64,000 nucleotides of DNA from Bradyrhizobiaceae bacterium PARB1 (GTDB lineage: Bacteria > Pseudomonadota > Alphaproteobacteria > Rhizobiales > Xanthobacteraceae). The position numbers were made by a program, and so were the translations under genes. The notes under the pieces were generated by a model. That model worked only from the letters and a program-made list of their open reading frames with translations, made no database searches and was not told the DNA's origin. The first letter of the stretch is position 1, and every line of letters starts with the position of its first letter. The stretch spans positions 15,876 to 79,875 of the forward strand of contig NKIY01000004.1 in assembly GCA_002256345.1 (NCBI GenBank). The letters run 5' to 3'. Shown here in pieces: positions 59,776 through 64,000 of the stretch.

Positions 59776-61203
59776 ATGACCAGCCTCGTCACCACCTCCC
59801 TGCTCGACCGCGCCAATCTCGACCGCGATGCGGTCCGCCGCGAATTGCTCCGCGGATTGCAGGGCGCCGACGATGGCGAGCTGTTTCTCGAATACAGCCA
59901 GAGCGAAGCGCTCGGCTTTGACAACGGGCGGCTGAAGCAGGCGACCTATGACACTGCACAAGGTTTTGGCCTGCGCGCCGTGAAAGACGACGCGGTCGGC
60001 TATGCGCATTCCTCGGATGTTTCGATTCCCGCGCTGATCCGCGCGGCGGATGCCGTGAGCGCGGTGCGCGGCGGCTATAACGGCACTTTTGCCGCCGCGC
60101 CCTCGCACACCAACGTCAAACTCTACAATGACGACAATCCGCTCGATGCACCCGGCTTCGAGGCCAAGGTGAAGTTGCTGGCCGAGATCGACGCCTATGT
60201 GCGCGACAAGGATCCGCGTGTGCGCCAGGTCTCGGTGTCGCTCGGGGCCTCCTGGCAGGTGGTGGAAATCATCCGGCCGGATGGCGAGAGCTATCGCGAC
60301 ATCCGCCCATTGGTGCGCGTCAATATCTCCGTGGTCGCCGGCCAGGGCGACCGGCAGGAAAGTGGCTCCAAGGGCTATGGCGGCCGTGAGGGCTATGCGC
60401 GCTTCATCGAGAGCGCAAACTGGCGCGCGGCAGCCGACGGCGCGCTGCGCGAGGCGCTGGTCAATCTCGAATCGATCCCCGCTCCCGCGGGCGAAATGGA
60501 TGTGGTGCTCGGCCCGGGCTGGCCCGGCGTGATGCTGCATGAAGCGGTCGGCCACGGGCTCGAGGGCGACTTCAACCGCAAGAAGACCTCCGCCTTTGCC
60601 GGCTTGCTCGGCCAGCAGGTCGCCGCCAAGGGTGTCACCGTGGTGGATGACGGTACCATCTCGTCGCGCCGCGGCTCGCTTTCCATCGACGACGAGGGCA
60701 CGCCGACCAACCGCACCATGCTGATCGAGGACGGCATCCTTGTCGGTTATATGCAGGACCGCCAGAACGCCCGCCTGATGGGCATGAAGCCCACCGGCAA
60801 CGGCCGCCGGCAAGGTTATGCCCATGTGCCGATGCCGCGCATGACCAACACCTATATGCTGGCCGGCCAGCGCGATCCCGCAGAGATCCTGGCGTCGGTG
60901 AAGAACGGCATCTATGCCGTGAACTTCGGCGGCGGCCAGGTCGACATCACCTCCGGCAAATATGTTTTCCAATGCACCGAGGCCTACAAGATCGAGAACG
61001 GTAAGATCGGTGCGCCGCTGAAAGGCGCCATGATGATCGGTAACGGTCCCACCGACCTGCACCGCATCAGCATGATCGGTAACGATCTCTCCCTCGACGA
61101 CGGCATCGGCACTTGCGGCAAGCATGGCCAGGGCGTGCCGGTGGGCGTCGGCCAGCCGACGCTGCGCATGGACAAGGTGACGATCGGAGGAACGGGCCAG
61201 TGA
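59776..61203 (+). CDS. tldD: Metalloprotease TldD
   Basis: HEAVGHGLEGD motif. 475 aa with full-length TldD similarity. ATG at 59776 (MTSLVTTSLLD...). Confidence 0.9.
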   Translation: MTSLVTTSLLDRANLDRDAVRRELLRGLQGADDGELFLEYSQSEALGFDNGRLKQATYDTAQGFGLRAVKDDAVGYAHSSDVSIPALIRAADAVSAVRGGYNGTFAAAPSHTNVKLYNDDNPLDAPGFEAKVKLLAEIDAYVRDKDPRVRQVSVSLGASWQVVEIIRPDGESYRDIRPLVRVNISVVAGQGDRQESGSKGYGGREGYARFIESANWRAAADGALREALVNLESIPAPAGEMDVVLGPGWPGVMLHEAVGHGLEGDFNRKKTSAFAGLLGQQVAAKGVTVVDDGTISSRRGSLSIDDEGTPTNRTMLIEDGILVGYMQDRQNARLMGMKPTGNGRRQGYAHVPMPRMTNTYMLAGQRDPAEILASVKNGIYAVNFGGGQVDITSGKYVFQCTEAYKIENGKIGAPLKGAMMIGNGPTDLHRISMIGNDLSLDDGIGTCGKHGQGVPVGVGQPTLRMDKVTIGGTGQ

Positions 61204-61976
61204 GCACGGACACGACGACGGGTTCAGCCGGCACCACCGCCCGGCGCTGGGGCGGCCAGATCGCGCAGGTCGCAGCCATTGTCGGCATCGTCTTTCTGGG
61301 CAAGGGCGCGCTCGCCGAGCCGTTCTATGTGCCGTCGGCCTCCATGGAGCCGACGCTGCTGATCGGCGATGCACTGCTGGCGACGAAGTTTCCCTACGGC
61401 TACTCCACCGCCTCGCTGCCGATCCATGTTGCCTTCCCCGAGACCGGTCGCGTCTTCGCCTCGACGCCGAAGCGCGGAGATGTGGTGGTGTTTCGCTGGC
61501 CGGGCGATCGTTCGCAGGTGTGGGTGAAGCGCGTGATCGGCCTGCCCGGCGACCACGTTGAACTGCGCGGCGGCCAGGTCTGGATCAACGGCAAGGCTGC
61601 GGCGGTCCAGCCCGATGGCATCGGCGCTGCAGAAGACGACGGCGGCAGCTCCGAACCGGCGCAGCGTTATGTGGAGACGCTGCCGGGCGGCGTCGCGCAT
61701 CCGATCTTCAAGCTGCGCAACAATGGCCGCCTCGACAACACACCCGATGTCGCCGTACCGCCGGGCCATCTGTTCGTGATGGGCGACAATCGCGACAATT
61801 CCGCGGATAGCCGCGTGCCCGTGAGCCAGGGCGGCGTCGGTCTGCTGCCGATGGACAACCTCGTCGGCCGCGTCGATGCCATTGTCGGCTCATGGGATCT
61901 CGGTGTGCGCAGCCAGCCGGTGACGAACTGGTGGTCAGGCCTCCGCTTTGCGCGGTTCTTCACGGGCGTGCATTGA
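61200..61976 (+). CDS. lepB: Signal peptidase I
   Basis: GTG at 61200 overlaps the tldD stop (GTGA). Catalytic boxes SASMEPTLLIGD, ...VKRVIGLPGD... and GDNRDNSADSR. Confidence 0.88.
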   Translation: MSTDTTTGSAGTTARRWGGQIAQVAAIVGIVFLGKGALAEPFYVPSASMEPTLLIGDALLATKFPYGYSTASLPIHVAFPETGRVFASTPKRGDVVVFRWPGDRSQVWVKRVIGLPGDHVELRGGQVWINGKAAAVQPDGIGAAEDDGGSSEPAQRYVETLPGGVAHPIFKLRNNGRLDNTPDVAVPPGHLFVMGDNRDNSADSRVPVSQGGVGLLPMDNLVGRVDAIVGSWDLGVRSQPVTNWWSGLRFARFFTGVH

Positions 61977-61981
61977 GCGCG

Positions 61982-62317
61982 ATGACCTTCGACGATGTCC
62001 GTGCACTCGCGCTGACGTGGCCGGAGGTTGAGGACGGCACATCCTACGGCACGCCTGCGCTCAAGGTGAGGAAGAAGCTGCTAACGCGCCTCAAGGAAGA
62101 CGGCGACACGCTGGTGATGCCGGGCGTGCCGCATGAAGAGCGAGAGATGCTGGTCGACAGCCGCCCGAAAATCTTCTCCTTCACCGACCACTATCGCGAC
62201 TATCCGATCGTGCTGATCACCCTCTCCAAAGCCAGGCGCGCGCATATCGAGCCGCTGCTACGACGACAGTGGCTGGCGCTGGCTTCCAAAACAGCAAGAA
62301 GGCAGGCTGGCGTTTAG
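61982..62317 (+). CDS. MmcQ/YjbR family DNA-binding protein
   Basis: MTFDDVRALALTWPEVEDGTSYGTPALKVRKKLLTRL... is typical of YjbR-like proteins. 111 aa. Confidence 0.65.
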   Translation: MTFDDVRALALTWPEVEDGTSYGTPALKVRKKLLTRLKEDGDTLVMPGVPHEEREMLVDSRPKIFSFTDHYRDYPIVLITLSKARRAHIEPLLRRQWLALASKTARRQAGV

Positions 62318-62331
62318 TCTCGCCATCGCGA

Positions 62332-62892
62332 TTACCGCACCACCCCCGACACGAATCCCGGCTTTCGCCGCGGCGGCTTGATGTCGTTCTTCAAAAAACA
62401 TCGCGCGCTCTTCCCCGCGTAACCCGGCCTCGCAAAAGTCCAGGCGCGGCATTTGTTGTCGCCCTGGCAGGCATCGCGGCAGACGTCGCCGCGCTCGGCC
62501 TTGTCGTCGTTCTTCACCTCGAAGGAACGGTAGTCGCCGCCATAGCGATCGGTCGAAATCTCGACCGGGCCGCTGCGCGGCTCGATCACACCGGCGCCGC
62601 GCACGCCGGACACGCAGCAATAGCTCTGCACGCGCGGCGGGACCTTGTCCTTGAGCCAGCAAACGGCATTTTCGGAATTATCGCTGGGATAGTTGAAGCT
62701 CCAGGCACGGCACTTCTTGTCACGCTCGCAGATCAGCGCGCATTCGGCCGGATCGCCTGAAATCGACACCGAACGCTGATAGTCGTTGCCCGGCCGATCG
62801 AAATTGGTCTGCGCCTGCGCAGGCGCGCATGCTGCCAGCATCAGCATGGCAAATGCGGCCAGACACGCTCCAAACAGGCGGCTCCTCAACAT
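62332..62892 (-). CDS. Secreted protein with two PAN/Apple-like domains
   Basis: Signal peptide MLRSRLFGACLAAFAMLMLAACAPAQA, then two repeats of C..C......C.AW.F........C.LK (CALICERDKKCRAWSF...CWLK and CRDACQGDNKCRAWTF...CFLK). Confidence 0.65.
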   Translation of the reverse strand: MLRSRLFGACLAAFAMLMLAACAPAQAQTNFDRPGNDYQRSVSISGDPAECALICERDKKCRAWSFNYPSDNSENAVCWLKDKVPPRVQSYCCVSGVRGAGVIEPRSGPVEISTDRYGGDYRSFEVKNDDKAERGDVCRDACQGDNKCRAWTFARPGYAGKSARCFLKNDIKPPRRKPGFVSGVVR

Positions 62893-63014
62893 GCAAACGG
62901 GCTTCCAGCTGGTTGCAACAAGGCGTTCGACGAGCAGGCATTGGAACGCGCGCCACCTGTACGCCGGATGAACGGATTGACAGAATCCACTCACCCCACT
63001 CACAAGCGCTTGAG

Positions 63015-64000
63015 CTAGAAGCAATATTCCTTGTAGACCGGCGTCACCGAGCCACCCCAGACGCCGTTGAACTTGGCGAGCATTTCCTCAGCCGGTGTTT
63101 TGCCGCTGTCGACGATGCGATCAAGCGGTGCGAGGTGACGCGTTTCGTCGCGGCCGTTGGCATCGAGCTTCGCGCGGCGGCGCAGGCCGCCATGGGCGAT
63201 GGCCAGACACTCCTTGGCGATCTCGAACAGATAGCGGTCTTTGATCCGCGCCTTGAAGCCGAAACGCGGCACGTCATCTCGCAAGGCCTGACGCTCAGGT
63301 GCGGTCCAATGCTTGGCGATGTCCCAGGCGGCATCGAGCGCTGCATCATCATAAAGCAACCCGACCCAGAAAGCGGACAGCGCCGGCAGACGATCCGAGG
63401 TCACGCCATCGGCGCCGCGCATTTCCAGATAACGCTTGAGCCGGACCTCCGGGAAGATTGTGGAGAGGTGATTGGCCCAGTCGGACAGCGTCGGTTTCTC
63501 GCCGGGCATCCTGTCGTTCTTGCCATCAAAGAAAGCGCGGAACGACGAGCCGGAGACGTCGATGTAAGTATCGCCGCGCTTCACGAAATACATCGGCACA
63601 TCGAGCGCGTAATCGACCCAACGCTCAAAACCCATGCCGGATTCAAATGCCCAGGGCAGCATACCCGAACGGGCATTGTCGGTGTCGCGCCAGATCTCGG
63701 ATCGGAATGACAGGAAGCCGTTCGGCTTACCTTCGGTGAAGGGAGAGTTGGCGAACAGCGCCGTCGCTACCGGCTGCAGCGCCAGCGATACGCGCAGCTT
63801 CTTCACCATGTCGGCTTCCGAGGAGAAGTCGAGATTGGTCTGCACCGTACAGGTCCGGTACATCATATCCAGACCGTACTGGCCGACCTTCGGCATATAG
63901 GCCGTCATGATCTTGTAGCGGCCCTTCGGCATCACCGGAATCTGCGCCCGTGACCAGGACGGCGTGAGCCCGAGCCCCAGGAAGCCGATCCCGAGCGGCG
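63015..64000 (-). CDS. gshA: Glutamate-cysteine ligase, plant/alphaproteobacterial type; N-terminus lies beyond the window end
   Basis: The frame stays open to base 64000 (...[31 protein letters not shown]...). Shows ...[13 protein letters not shown]... and the C-terminal ...VYKEYCF typical of GCL family 2. Confidence 0.85.
   Translation of the reverse strand, partial: PLGIGFLGLGLTPSWSRAQIPVMPKGRYKIMTAYMPKVGQYGLDMMYRTCTVQTNLDFSSEADMVKKLRVSLALQPVATALFANSPFTEGKPNGFLSFRSEIWRDTDNARSGMLPWAFESGMGFERWVDYALDVPMYFVKRGDTYIDVSGSSFRAFFDGKNDRMPGEKPTLSDWANHLSTIFPEVRLKRYLEMRGADGVTSDRLPALSAFWVGLLYDDAALDAAWDIAKHWTAPERQALRDDVPRFGFKARIKDRYLFEIAKECLAIAHGGLRRRAKLDANGRDETRHLAPLDRIVDSGKTPAEEMLAKFNGVWGGSVTPVYKEYCF

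Noticed and set aside
63015-64000. Plant-type glutamate-cysteine ligase as a possible horizontal-transfer curiosity.
   Set aside because: This GCL type is the standard enzyme of alphaproteobacteria. Nothing in the local context is unusual, and the gene is truncated only by the window edge.

Overview
GC-rich alphaproteobacterial chromosome segment. Gene content and intergenic palindromic repeat families look like Nitrobacteraceae/Bradyrhizobiaceae (Bradyrhizobium/Rhodopseudomonas/Afipia-like), but that placement is an inference, not a database hit. Most of the window is ordinary core genome. It holds a Dpp/Opp-type ABC importer, yacG-maf, the LMW-PTP/UPF0262/hisD/DUF2948/murA block, bioB, an MBL hydrolase and hemA. 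It also holds an F0-only atpI-B-E-F'-F operon, thrC with an M16 peptidase and a GNAT, a complete aa3 oxidase cluster (ctaC-ctaD-ctaB-small ORF-ctaG-ctaE-DUF983-SURF1), tldD-lepB and a plant-type gshA cut by the window end. The most interesting part is 5.3-11.9 kb. There, a complete beta-hydroxyaspartate-cycle module (bhcR divergent from bhcABCD) lies next to a 3' fragment of glcF. The segment is bracketed by two diverged ~230-bp direct repeats that both end in the last 14 nt of tRNA-Phe; one copy is part of the intact tRNA. No integrase is visible. Other loci worth a second look: a cNMP-binding thioredoxin-reductase-like protein that appears to lack the CxxC pair, sitting next to a zf-UBP protein; a solute-symporter-fused hybrid histidine kinase with a LuxR-type regulator and an MFS transporter; a periplasmic thiol/redox cluster beside the cox genes; a secreted double PAN/Apple-domain protein; and a 57-codon membrane ORF in the cox operon that the ORF track misses. 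No CRISPR array, IS element, prophage or recognisable defence system was seen. I could not identify an unambiguous wholly novel system from sequence alone.
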